From positions 57,090 through 121,089 of the forward strand of contig JBGASW010000006.1 in NCBI GenBank assembly GCA_044229475.1: DNA of 64,000 bases, read 5' to 3'. A model generated the notes under the pieces. The model was not told the DNA's origin. It worked only from the letters and a program-made list of their open reading frames with translations, and made no database searches. The DNA is from Thermoanaerobaculia bacterium. GTDB taxonomy: Bacteria > Acidobacteriota > Thermoanaerobaculia > UBA5066. The position numbers were made by a program, and so were the translations under genes. Below, piece after piece: positions 39,768 to 50,647 of the stretch; the first letter of the stretch is position 1, and each line of letters opens with the position of its first letter.

Positions 39768-40487
39768 CTACGGTCGTGCCGGGGGGCCTGCGGAACCTGC
39801 GAGTCCGAGCGGCGCCGTGGCCGGGGTCGCCGGGGCCCTCACACCCTTGACGAGGAGCAGAACGCCGAGGGGGACCTCGAAGGCAAGCATGGGGAGCCAC
39901 ACGAGCCGGGTGACGGGGCCGTGGACGAATCCCGCGAGCTGAAGCGGAAGCTCGACCACGAGGAGGACCGACGCCGCGACTCCCAGCCAGGCGAGGGGCG
40001 CGGGGATCAGCCGGCCGCGGAGGAAAAGGAGCGAGAAGAGCAGGCTGCCCACGGCGAAGAAGGTCGCGGTGAGGGCGATGTCCTCGCGAAGCAGGTGGGC
40101 GCCGAGCAGATGCCTGGCCGGAAGATCGGAACCGCCGACTCCCGTGGTTCGCGCGAGGTCGACGACGGCCAGCGTGCTGGCAATGCCGGCGCCGCTGAGG
40201 ATGCCCTCGGCCGCGCGACAGAGCAGGCCCATCATCGCGAGATCGCGGTCCGTCTCGCGCGTGAGGGCGTGCAGCGTGACGGCCAGGACCAGGGCCGAGA
40301 AGCACTGGAAGAGCAGGAGGATGACGACGACGGCCATCTCGGTCGGGTGGCGCGAGATTGCCTGGAGCCTGGCGGCGGGATCCGGTCCGCCGCTGGCCCG
40401 GCCGTTCAGGATCATGGAGGTGATACCCGCCACGATGTAGAAGAGGAACGTGAAGCCGGCGACTCGGGCGTTCGCGGATCGCGTCAT
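39768..40487 (-). CDS. DUF4386 family membrane protein
   Basis: ARVAGFTFLFYIV start, multiple TM helices, FEVPLG.LLLVKG end; GGAGG RBS. Confidence 0.8.
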   Translation of the reverse strand: MTRSANARVAGFTFLFYIVAGITSMILNGRASGGPDPAARLQAISRHPTEMAVVVILLLFQCFSALVLAVTLHALTRETDRDLAMMGLLCRAAEGILSGAGIASTLAVVDLARTTGVGGSDLPARHLLGAHLLREDIALTATFFAVGSLLFSLLFLRGRLIPAPLAWLGVAASVLLVVELPLQLAGFVHGPVTRLVWLPMLAFEVPLGVLLLVKGVRAPATPATAPLGLAGSAGPPARP

Positions 40488-40550
40488 CGGGCTGCCTCCC
40501 TGGCGCTCATCGTACGGCGCGCGGAACACGGAGACGGGCCCCGGCCACGT

Positions 40551-41228
40551 TTGTTCGAGACCCTCAACCTGGCGGTTCAGGTCGTCTTCGTCGGCGAGAT
40601 CGCGGCGCGCCTCTTCGCTCAGGCTCCGCGAATCCACCGCTTTTTCCTCGACGGCTGGAATGTTTTCGATTTCACGATCGTCGCGCTCTCGCTTCTTCCC
40701 GTCGCGGGACCCTTCGCCACGGTCGCCCGGCTCGCGCGCCTGCTGCGCGCGCTGCGGGTCGTCTCCGCCCTGCCCGAAATGCGCCTGATCGTGGCCACGA
40801 TGCTCCGCTCGATCCCTTCGCTCGCCAACGTCGTTGCGCTCCTCGGCATCATCCTTTACGTGTACGCGGTCCTGGGCGTGCACTTCTTCGGGGGGGCCGA
40901 TCCTGGCCACTGGGGGACGCTCCCCCGGGCCGGGCTGACCCTTTTCGAGATCCTCACCCTCGAGGGCTGGGTCGACCTCATGGACGCCTCACTCGCGGCC
41001 ACCCGGTGGGCCTGGCTCTTCTACGTGAGCTTCGTGGTGCTCGCCGTCTTCGTCGTCATCAATCTCTTCATCGCCATCGTGATCAACAACCTCGAGACGG
41101 CAAATGGCGAGCAGAAGCTGGCGGCCGGTTCGGAGCGGGAGCCTCTCGCGCGGCGCCTCGCCGGAATGAGGGCAGAGCTCGAAGCGATCGAGGCCGAGCT
41201 CCGGAAGCCCGTGTCCGGGAACGGCTAG
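40551..41228 (+). pseudogene. voltage-gated ion channel (BacNav/CavMr-like), lacking S1
   Basis: WNVFDF (S3), RLARLLRALR (S4), TLEGWVD filter, NLFIAIV (S6), coiled coil; no S1 or clear start. Confidence 0.75.
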
Positions 41229-41265
41229 GCCGCTCAGCGGGTCGCGGCCGCCTCCGATTCAGGCC

Positions 41266-42813
<1,548 letters not shown>

Positions 42814-42965
42814 TCCCCAACCTCTTCCCCGACGCGGCTCGCGCCGTCTTCCGCAGGACTCGACTTCTCCCCGGCCGCTCGACGCGTGCCTCGTCCGGTG
42901 TACGAGGCGCGGGACTTTACCAGCCCTTCATCCAAGCTCGTGGCCTCCTCGCCTACACTGGGTCG

Positions 42966-43676
42966 GTGAAGGCCGATCGCATCGGGCCGAACGCGTTCAC
43001 GCTGGAGTTTGAAACCGAGGAGGAGCTCCGCGAGGAGCACCGGACGAACCTCTCGCAGCGCGGGCTGAGGCTGCCGGTTTCGGAGCGGCCCGCGCCCTTC
43101 ACGCCCGTGGAGGTGACGCTCCGCGGCCCGTCCGGCGGCGAGGCGAAGGTGAAGGGGACGGTCGTCGCGCCGCTGCCCGACGGCGTGGCGCTCCACGTCG
43201 AGGGGGACGCGGGCGGGCTCCTCGAGGCGCTGCTCGCGTCCCCGGCCCCTCCGCCGGCTGCGCCCGGCAACGTGAGCGACTGGGACCGCCTGCGCGGAAT
43301 GTCGCGGACGGAGAAGCTCCTCCACGCCGCTCGCGCCGACCGCAACGACCGGCTCATCCTCGTCCAGGACGGCGACCCGCAGGTCCTCTACGCGCTCCTG
43401 AAGAACCCGCGCCTCACCGTGGACGAAGTCGTGCGCGTCGCGAAGTCGGCGACTCTCACGTATCAGACCGCCGAGCTGCTCCTCAAGACGAGCCAATGGG
43501 CGGCGAACGCCGAGGTGAAGGCCGCGCTCGTCCACAACCCGAAGACGCCACAGGTCTTCGCGCTCCGGATCCTGCCGGGCCTTCCCGAGGCCGAGATCAA
43601 GGCGATCGCGCGCGGCGCGGCGACGAGCATGGCCCTGAAGCAGGCCGCCCTCAGGCGGCTCCATGGAGGCGGCTGA
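42966..43676 (+). CDS. hypothetical protein with PilZ-like N-terminus and helical C-terminal domain
   Basis: NLSQRGL PilZ-like motif; LLKNPRLT and LVHNPKTP helical repeats. Confidence 0.65.
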   Translation: MKADRIGPNAFTLEFETEEELREEHRTNLSQRGLRLPVSERPAPFTPVEVTLRGPSGGEAKVKGTVVAPLPDGVALHVEGDAGGLLEALLASPAPPPAAPGNVSDWDRLRGMSRTEKLLHAARADRNDRLILVQDGDPQVLYALLKNPRLTVDEVVRVAKSATLTYQTAELLLKTSQWAANAEVKAALVHNPKTPQVFALRILPGLPEAEIKAIARGAATSMALKQAALRRLHGGG

Positions 43677-43751
43677 GCACGCGGTCGGCCCGGAACCCCG
43701 TCCCGCACCGCTCAGGTCCTCTCCGTGAAGAGGGCGCGCAGGCCAGGCCGG

Positions 43752-45521
43752 TCACGGTCGGTTCTGACGCGAAGTCGATCCGGGGTCCCGCGCAAGCAAG
43801 CCCATCCGCGCCAGACAGACTTGAAAGTCCGGACTTTCACGCAGGCGGTCCCACTGCGGAGCGACGGCGAGATCCACGAGACAGGACTCATGGCCGTCGA
43901 TGGCCCGAGCCAGATGCCGCATGGCGGCCTCCAGATCGCCCAACTCGCCGTGGAGCAGAGCGAGCTGGATCGCGGGCAGATGGGTGCCCTGGGTCTCGAG
44001 GAGCCACCGGACGAGTCCCGTGCGTCCGCCGCGGGCGTAGGCCTGCTTGATCGGTTCGAGGGCCTCGGCCGCCACACCGAAGGACTCCGCATGTTTGACG
44101 TTCTCCGCCATGTGCCGATCGAAGTCGCCGAGGGCCCAGTAGGCGCCGGCGAGATGCTCGCGCGCGACGAGGTGTCCCGCGTCGAGCTCGAGGGTTTTGT
44201 TCGCCCAACGGATGGAATCCTCGTATCGGCGTTGATGCCAGTACGACATCGAGATCGCCTGGTGCACGAGAGGCGAGAGCGGATCGCGCTCGAGAGCGCG
44301 CATCTTCATCTCGAGGCCTTCCTCGAGCCTGCCGAGCGTGTCCAGAAGCCGTCCGTACAGCACGGTGGCCTCGGTGTGGTTGGGATTGATCTCGAGGGCC
44401 CTCTGCAGGGCCCGCTCGGCGCCGACCCAGTCCCATTGGCCGAGAAAAGAGACCGCGGCCAGCGCGACCTGTGCGTCCGCGCACGCATCGTCCACCGCGA
44501 GCGCCCGAAGCGCGGCGTCTTTCGCGCGCGCATACGCTTCCGCCTGCGGGACGAGTCGAAGCTCGGCCTGCTGGCAGAAGGCCATGGCGAGACCCGCATG
44601 AGCGGCCGCGAAGGCCGGATCCAGTCCGATGGCGGCCTCGTACGCCGCGATGGCCTTCGGCGTCTCGGTTCTCGAGAAGGCCAGCAGATGGGCCCGTCCG
44701 CGTCCGATCAGCTCGTACACCTCGAGGCGACACGGAGGGCGTGAAACGCTGCGCCGGACGTCGGCCCAGTTCCCGAACACGCCGGCGGAACCGCCGCGCA
44801 GGGGCGTTGCGGCGAAATGGGCCGCGAGGGCTTCGGCCATCGCATCAGGAATGGAAGTCCCGTCGCCCGGGAGCTCGTCGTACGCGCCGCTCCATAGGCG
44901 GACGCCGTCGCGAGAGCGGAGGAGCTCGGCGGCGACGCGGATCCGCTCCGGTGTCTTCTCGAACTTGCAGACGATCACCGCGTCGACGCCCAGCGAGCGG
45001 CCGACCGCGGCCGGGTCCGGCTGGAGATCCGCGTAGGAGCGGACCGCCCGGGTGGGTCGAACCGAGATCCGCGTCAGGCTCCCGAGACGGGCGATCACGG
45101 CGTCCGCGAGGGCCAGGCCCACCGACTGTTCGGCATCGGAGGTCCCGGGACCGGCCGGCCACGCCGGGAGAACGGCAAGCGAGCGGCCGTCCCTCGCTCC
45201 GTCGTCTTGGACGGGTGCGATGAAGCGATACCCCGCGCGCGAAACCGTTTCGATGTACCGCCGCGATCGCCTGTCGTCGCCGAGCGCCCTGCGCAGCGCG
45301 GAGACGTGGACCGACAGGATCCCCTCCTCCACGAAGGACCCCGCCCACACGTGCTCGAGCAGCTCGCCCTTCGTGACGAGCCGCCCCGCATTGCGGACCA
45401 GGTGAACGAGGAGGTCGTGCCCCTTCGGGGCCAGGGGGACACTTCGCCCGCCTCTCGAGAGGCGGCGCTCGGCCACGTCGAGGGTCATGTCTCCGAACCG
45501 GTACGACTCCCGCTCGGCCAT
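43752..45521 (-). CDS. OmpR/CadC-type wHTH - TolB_N-like - TPR transcriptional regulator
   Basis: YRFG...LVTKGELLEHVW...LSVHVSALRRALGD..YIETVSRAGYRF, SLAVLP, TPR repeats. Confidence 0.88.
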   Translation of the reverse strand: MAERESYRFGDMTLDVAERRLSRGGRSVPLAPKGHDLLVHLVRNAGRLVTKGELLEHVWAGSFVEEGILSVHVSALRRALGDDRRSRRYIETVSRAGYRFIAPVQDDGARDGRSLAVLPAWPAGPGTSDAEQSVGLALADAVIARLGSLTRISVRPTRAVRSYADLQPDPAAVGRSLGVDAVIVCKFEKTPERIRVAAELLRSRDGVRLWSGAYDELPGDGTSIPDAMAEALAAHFAATPLRGGSAGVFGNWADVRRSVSRPPCRLEVYELIGRGRAHLLAFSRTETPKAIAAYEAAIGLDPAFAAAHAGLAMAFCQQAELRLVPQAEAYARAKDAALRALAVDDACADAQVALAAVSFLGQWDWVGAERALQRALEINPNHTEATVLYGRLLDTLGRLEEGLEMKMRALERDPLSPLVHQAISMSYWHQRRYEDSIRWANKTLELDAGHLVAREHLAGAYWALGDFDRHMAENVKHAESFGVAAEALEPIKQAYARGGRTGLVRWLLETQGTHLPAIQLALLHGELGDLEAAMRHLARAIDGHESCLVDLAVAPQWDRLRESPDFQVCLARMGLLARDPGSTSRQNRP

Positions 45522-45528
45522 GAGACTC

Positions 45529-45561
45529 AATCTTAGGCGAATCTTAGGCGAACCTTCGGGA
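45529..45561. promoter_or_regulatory. 11-bp tandem direct repeats, putative wHTH operator
   Basis: AATCTTAGGCG AATCTTAGGCG AACCTTCGGGA. Confidence 0.7.
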
Positions 45562-45621
45562 CGCCGGCGTGCACCGGGCGTACTCATGAGAGCAGGCGAA
45601 ATCACCATCTAGGAGGGACCC

Positions 45622-46041
45622 ATGACCGGCACGCTCGAGCAGGAAATCCTGGCACAGGAGGAACGACTGACGCGGGCCACGCGCGAGATCGATCTCGACG
45701 CTCTCGACCGAATCTATGCCGACGACATCCTGTTCACGGGTTTGACCGGCGCCACCTGCGGCAAGTCGAGTCTCATGGACGAGGCGCGGCGGGGCGCCGC
45801 CGAGCGCCAGGCGGCCGCCGGCGGGGCCAAGCCGTTCGTGGCGTCGTACGCGAAGGACGACGTCAAGGTCGTCGCGCACGGGGACACTGCCGTCACGAGC
45901 TACCGCTTCGTCGTCACGATCCAGAGCCAGGGTCAGGAGATCAAGCGCGGCTATCGAACCACCAACGTGTGGATGAAGAGGCCGCCCGGCTGGCAGGTGA
46001 TGGCCGGGCACACGGCCAGCCTCGACGTCGTCCCCGGCTGA
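45622..46041 (+). CDS. NTF2-like / DUF4440 protein
   Basis: ALDRIYADD, HGDTAV, TNVW...WQVMAGH; AGGAGG RBS. Confidence 0.88.
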   Translation: MTGTLEQEILAQEERLTRATREIDLDALDRIYADDILFTGLTGATCGKSSLMDEARRGAAERQAAAGGAKPFVASYAKDDVKVVAHGDTAVTSYRFVVTIQSQGQEIKRGYRTTNVWMKRPPGWQVMAGHTASLDVVPG

Positions 46042-46094
46042 CGCCGGTTTCGAAGGAGTTCATCGGCGCCCGGCCTTCGGATCAGAATGGCCGC

Positions 46095-46841
46095 ATGCGC
46101 GACCCCTATGTTCCGCTGGCGCCGCGATACGACCGGATGGCCGCCGATCCCGGCATCCAGGCGATCTACCGGGAGTTCCGGCGAGCCCTGACGACGGCGG
46201 CGGCCGCGCATCGCCTGCGCCCGCGCGTGATCGTCGACCTCGCGTGCGGAACCGGAAACACGGCCATTCCCTGGGCCGGCGCGCGCGGGCGCACGGTCAT
46301 CGGCGTCGACGTGTCGGAAGCGATGCTCCGCGTCGCACGGAGAAAGTCGCGACGCGTCCGGTGGGTCAGGCAGGACCTGACCAGACTCTCGCTGGACGTG
46401 ACGGCCGACGTCGCGACCTGCCACTTCGACGCCCTGAACCACATTCTCGACGCGAAAGACGTGCAGCGGATCTTCGCGAACACGGCTCGGCTCCTGCGCC
46501 CCGGCGGCCTGTTCCTGTTCGACCTGACCACACGGTCCTGGCTCGAGTGGCTGAGCACGAGCGAGAAGCTGTTCGAGGCCGGCCCCGACGTCTTCATGGC
46601 CACCAACGCGTTCGACCGGAAGACGGGCATCGCGACCTTCAACCAGCTCTGGTTCGTGAAGCAGGGGAGGCTCTACCGGAAGATCCTCGTGACCGTGAAG
46701 GAGCGCTCGTTCGAAGATGCGGAGGTTCGACGGATGCTCCGCGTCTCGGGGCTTCGCCTCGAGACGATCCGCGTGATCCAGCGGATGAAGGGACGGCCGG
46801 TCCGGAAGCTCTACGTCGCGTCCAGGCGCGGCGCGTCCTAG
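46095..46841 (+). CDS. class I SAM-dependent methyltransferase
   Basis: VDLACGTG, GVDVSEAML, DALNH, LRPGGLFLFD. Confidence 0.9.
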   Translation: MRDPYVPLAPRYDRMAADPGIQAIYREFRRALTTAAAAHRLRPRVIVDLACGTGNTAIPWAGARGRTVIGVDVSEAMLRVARRKSRRVRWVRQDLTRLSLDVTADVATCHFDALNHILDAKDVQRIFANTARLLRPGGLFLFDLTTRSWLEWLSTSEKLFEAGPDVFMATNAFDRKTGIATFNQLWFVKQGRLYRKILVTVKERSFEDAEVRRMLRVSGLRLETIRVIQRMKGRPVRKLYVASRRGAS

Positions 46842-46856
46842 CGTTCGTCGGAGCCG

Positions 46857-47753
46857 TTACTTCTTGACGAGCTCCACGCGCCGGTTCCTGGCGCGTCCTT
46901 CCTCCGTACGGTTGTCGGCGACGGGCGTCGTCTGCCCGTAGCCCTTCGCAGTCAGCCGGTCCGCCTTGATGCCGCGCCCCACGAGCGCGGCCATCACGGC
47001 CTGCGCGCGCTCCTGCGAGAGGCGCTGGTTCGCCTCGGGCGCGCCGACGTTGTCGGTATGCCCGGCGACCTCGACACGAAGAGTCGCGGCCACCTTGAGC
47101 GCAGCCGCCGCGTCGTCGAGCGTCTTGGCCGAGTCGGGCTTGATCGTCGACTTGCCGGTGTCGAAGTTGACGTAGAGCGTGACGAACCCGTCCTTGGTGA
47201 GCTTGTCGGCGAGCTCGTTCACGGTGACGTCCTGCTTCATCGCCTCGCGCTCGGAAACCGTCATCACGTACGACCCGTCGTTTTCGCCGGCCTGGAGGAA
47301 GACCCAGGTCTCCTTGCCGCCGCGCAGGAACTTGAGCGTCAGGGCGTAGCTCGTGCAGCCGTTCCCCATCCGCGGCATTCCCTCGGGGTCGTACATGGCC
47401 TTGCACCAGCCGGGGTACTGCCCCTCGACGGTGCCGCCGGCCTTCTTCGCCGCGTTCTCGAAGTTGCGCATGATCTGGAGACCGCTGGGCGGCGTCGCCC
47501 CTTCGTTGAGCTCGTAGCCGAGCCAGCGCACCGGACCCTCCACCTCGACCGACTTGAGGGTCTCGTCACCCTTTCCCTGCTGGCCGACGGGGAACTTTCG
47601 CAGGTCGAACTGGCTGCTCTGGCAGTCGATGATGTGCGTGTTCGGGAACCGCGTGAACAGCGGGTGATCCTTGCAGCCCTCCGCGTCCTGCGCGAGGCCG
47701 GGAGAGGCCGCGAGGAGCCAGAGCGCCGCGAAACCCACGAAGATCCGCTTCAT
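46857..47753 (-). CDS. OmpA-family protein (DUF4892-like N-terminus)
   Basis: Signal peptide, CKDHPLFTR, GHTDN, LSQERA, NRRVELVK. Confidence 0.9.
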   Translation of the reverse strand: MKRIFVGFAALWLLAASPGLAQDAEGCKDHPLFTRFPNTHIIDCQSSQFDLRKFPVGQQGKGDETLKSVEVEGPVRWLGYELNEGATPPSGLQIMRNFENAAKKAGGTVEGQYPGWCKAMYDPEGMPRMGNGCTSYALTLKFLRGGKETWVFLQAGENDGSYVMTVSEREAMKQDVTVNELADKLTKDGFVTLYVNFDTGKSTIKPDSAKTLDDAAAALKVAATLRVEVAGHTDNVGAPEANQRLSQERAQAVMAALVGRGIKADRLTAKGYGQTTPVADNRTEEGRARNRRVELVKK

Positions 47754-47846
47754 ACCGTTCTCCTTCTCAATCGTGACGTGCGAATCTTCTCACCGCGGAC
47801 CGCTGCGCGGGCCCCGGAGGTACGATGGGCGCAACGAGGTGACGCC

Positions 47847-48761
47847 ATGAAACGACCGATGCTTTTCGCCCGCATTCCCGCCCTGTTCCTCGCCGCGCTC
47901 GTCCTGACGAGTTGCGCATGGAAGAAAGACCTCGAGAAGGCGCAGGCCGAGAACAAGGCGCTGACCGAGGAGAAGGCGCGCGCCCAGCGGGAGCTCAGCG
48001 CCGCCGGCGCCGCCACCGCGGAGATGCAGGCGACGCTCGACGAGGTGCAGAAGGGCCTCGAGGAGCTGCGCGTCAAGGAGCTCAAGGCGGTCAAGACGTC
48101 GATCGCCGTCGCGCAGGAAGGCAAGACGAACACGGCGCAGCGCGAGGAGCTGAAGGCCGAGATCGCGGACATCCGCAAGGCCGTCGCCGCGAACCTCGCG
48201 AAGCTCGCGACCCTCCAGAAATCGCTGAAGGCCTCGGATGCGAAGGTGACGTCGCTCGAAAGGCTCGTCGGCGAGCTCCGGAAGCAGCTCGAGGAAAAGG
48301 AAGCCACCATCGCCGCCCTCGAGGAAAAGACGAAGGAACTCACGAAGACGGCCGAGGAGCTGCGGGGAACGGTCAAGGAGAAGGAAGAGACCGTTCAGCA
48401 GAAGGAAGCCGTGATCGCGGACCGGGAGGCGCAGATGGCGACCGCCTACGTCCTCATCGCGCCGAAAGAGACCCTGAAGAAGGCGGGCATCGTCGAGAAG
48501 AAAGGGGCGGTCCTGGGCCTCGGCGGCAACTACAAGCAGACGGGCCAGTTCGACGAAAACCTGTTCAAGCCGGTCGACACGCGAAAGGTCACGACGTTCG
48601 ACATCCCGGCCGCGGCGGACAAGGCCCGGGTCCTCTCGGACCACCCGAAGGACAGCTACACGCTCACGGCCGCGGGGGAGAAGGCGAGCACGCTCACCGT
48701 CACGGACGCCGCCCGCTTCTGGAAGGCGAGCAAGGTCCTGGTCGTGATGCTGCCCAACTGA
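47847..48761 (+). CDS. coiled-coil lipoprotein (Cbp1-like)
   Basis: Lipobox LTSC, long heptad region, C-terminal AYV...LKKAGI, HPKDSY, FWKASK. Confidence 0.7.
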   Translation: MKRPMLFARIPALFLAALVLTSCAWKKDLEKAQAENKALTEEKARAQRELSAAGAATAEMQATLDEVQKGLEELRVKELKAVKTSIAVAQEGKTNTAQREELKAEIADIRKAVAANLAKLATLQKSLKASDAKVTSLERLVGELRKQLEEKEATIAALEEKTKELTKTAEELRGTVKEKEETVQQKEAVIADREAQMATAYVLIAPKETLKKAGIVEKKGAVLGLGGNYKQTGQFDENLFKPVDTRKVTTFDIPAAADKARVLSDHPKDSYTLTAAGEKASTLTVTDAARFWKASKVLVVMLPN

Positions 48762-48822
48762 AGCAAATGCCTCATGCCCGGGGCACGCCGGAGGCCCACG
48801 TTGTGAGTGGAGGCTTCCGACG

Positions 48823-50580
48823 ATGGAGAAGTATTCGGTTCGGCACGATTCCAAGGGCGCGGCCCGGCTGGAGGTGCCCTACCGCGGCACACGGCTGCTC
48901 CGCCACCCCATGTACACGAAGGGCACGGCTTTCACGGAGGAAGAGCGCGAAGCGTTCGGCCTCGAGGGACTCCTGCCCCACGCCGTCAGCACCATGGAGC
49001 AGCAGGAGCGCCGCGTCTACGCGAACATCTCGCGCAAGGCGGACGAGCTCGAGAAGTTCATCGGGCTCGCGTCCCTGCAGGACCGCAACGAGCACCTGTT
49101 CTACCGGACGCTCGTGGACCACATCGAGGAGTTCCTCCCGATCGTCTACACGCCGGTGGTCGGGCGGGCGTGCCAGGAGTTCAGCCACATCTTCCGGCGC
49201 GCGCGCGGCCTGTGGATCACGCCCGGCCACCGCGGCCGGATCTACGAGGTTCTCGGGAACGCGCCGTTCGCCGACGTCCGCCTGATCGTCGTCACGGACA
49301 ACGAGCGCATCCTCGGCCTCGGCGACCAGGGCGCGGGCGGCATGGGCATCCCCATCGGGAAGCTCGCCCTGTACACGGCCGCCGCGGGCATCCACCCGGC
49401 GCAGACGCTCCCGATCAGCCTCGACGTCGGGACGGACAACGAGTCGCTCCTGAACGACGAGCTCTACCTCGGCTGGCGCTTCCCGCGCCTGCGCGGCGCC
49501 GAGTACGACTCGCTCGTCGAGGAGTTCGTGCAGGCCGTCAAGCGCCGCTTCCCGAAGGTCCTCCTCCAGTGGGAGGACTTCAAGAAGGTCAACGCGTTCC
49601 GCCTGCTCGACCGCTACCAGAAGTCGATCACCTGCTTCAACGACGACATCCAGGGCACGGCCGCCGTCGCCGTCGCCGGGATGATGGCCGGCTGCCGCGT
49701 GACGGGGATCCCGGTCAAGGAGCAGCGCGTCGTCATCCTCGGCGCGGGCGCCGCGGGAATCGGCATCGCGCGCCTCCTGCGCGACACGTTCTCCCGCGCC
49801 GGCGTCTCGGGCGAGGCGCTCACGCTCGCGACCGCGAACCTCGACAGCCAGGGTCTCGTCGTGGACGACGTCGAAATCAAGGACGTCCACAAGCGCCCGT
49901 TCGCGTGGCCCGCGGCCCTCGCCGCGAAGTACGGCCTCGGCACCGGCGCGCCGCGCGACCTCCTCGCCGTCGTGAAGGCCGTCAAGCCGACGATGCTCGT
50001 CGGGACGTCCGGCGAGCCCGGCACGTTCACCGAGGCGATCGTCCGGGAGATGGCCAAGCACGTCGAAAGGCCCGTCATCTTCCCGATGTCGAACCCGACG
50101 AGCAAGACCGAGGCGAAGCCGGTCGACATCACGAAGTGGACCGACGGCCGCGCGCTCATTGCGACCGGCAGCCCGTTCGACCCCGTGCCGCACGCGGGGA
50201 AGAAGATCGTCATCGGCCAGGGCAACAACGCATTCATCTTCCCGGGCGTCGGGCTCGGGGTCCTCGTCTCGGAGGCGAAGGAGGTGACCGAGGCCATGTT
50301 CGCCGCGGCCGCCAAGGCCCTCGCCGACGAGGTGAAGGCGTCGGATCTCGCGTCCGGCAGCCTCTTCCCCTCCACGGCGGAGATCCGGCGCGTCAGCGCC
50401 GCCGTCGCGGTCGCGGTCGTCAAGGTGGCGCGCGACTCCGGGCTCGGCAAGGCCATCCCGGACGCCGAGATCCCGAAGGCCGTCGCCGCCACGATGTGGA
50501 ACCCCGCGTACCTGCCGACCGTGGCCGTGCCGCTGCGCTCGGACGTGCACGCGGAGGATTTCGTCCCCGCGCTGGTCTAG
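48823..50580 (+). CDS. maeA: NAD-dependent malic enzyme
   Basis: PIVYTPVVG, TDNERILGLGDQG, QWEDF, FNDDIQGT, GAGAAG, SNPT, QGNNAFIFPG. Confidence 0.93.
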   Translation: MEKYSVRHDSKGAARLEVPYRGTRLLRHPMYTKGTAFTEEEREAFGLEGLLPHAVSTMEQQERRVYANISRKADELEKFIGLASLQDRNEHLFYRTLVDHIEEFLPIVYTPVVGRACQEFSHIFRRARGLWITPGHRGRIYEVLGNAPFADVRLIVVTDNERILGLGDQGAGGMGIPIGKLALYTAAAGIHPAQTLPISLDVGTDNESLLNDELYLGWRFPRLRGAEYDSLVEEFVQAVKRRFPKVLLQWEDFKKVNAFRLLDRYQKSITCFNDDIQGTAAVAVAGMMAGCRVTGIPVKEQRVVILGAGAAGIGIARLLRDTFSRAGVSGEALTLATANLDSQGLVVDDVEIKDVHKRPFAWPAALAAKYGLGTGAPRDLLAVVKAVKPTMLVGTSGEPGTFTEAIVREMAKHVERPVIFPMSNPTSKTEAKPVDITKWTDGRALIATGSPFDPVPHAGKKIVIGQGNNAFIFPGVGLGVLVSEAKEVTEAMFAAAAKALADEVKASDLASGSLFPSTAEIRRVSAAVAVAVVKVARDSGLGKAIPDAEIPKAVAATMWNPAYLPTVAVPLRSDVHAEDFVPALV

Positions 50581-50647
50581 CGGTCCCCCGCGGCGCCGGC
50601 CCGACCGCGGGCCGGCGCCCCGTCCGGCCTGATAGCCTCTCGACACG

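Noticed and set aside
45529-45561. CRISPR-like repeat
   Set aside because: 11-bp abutting repeats with no spacers and no cas genes.
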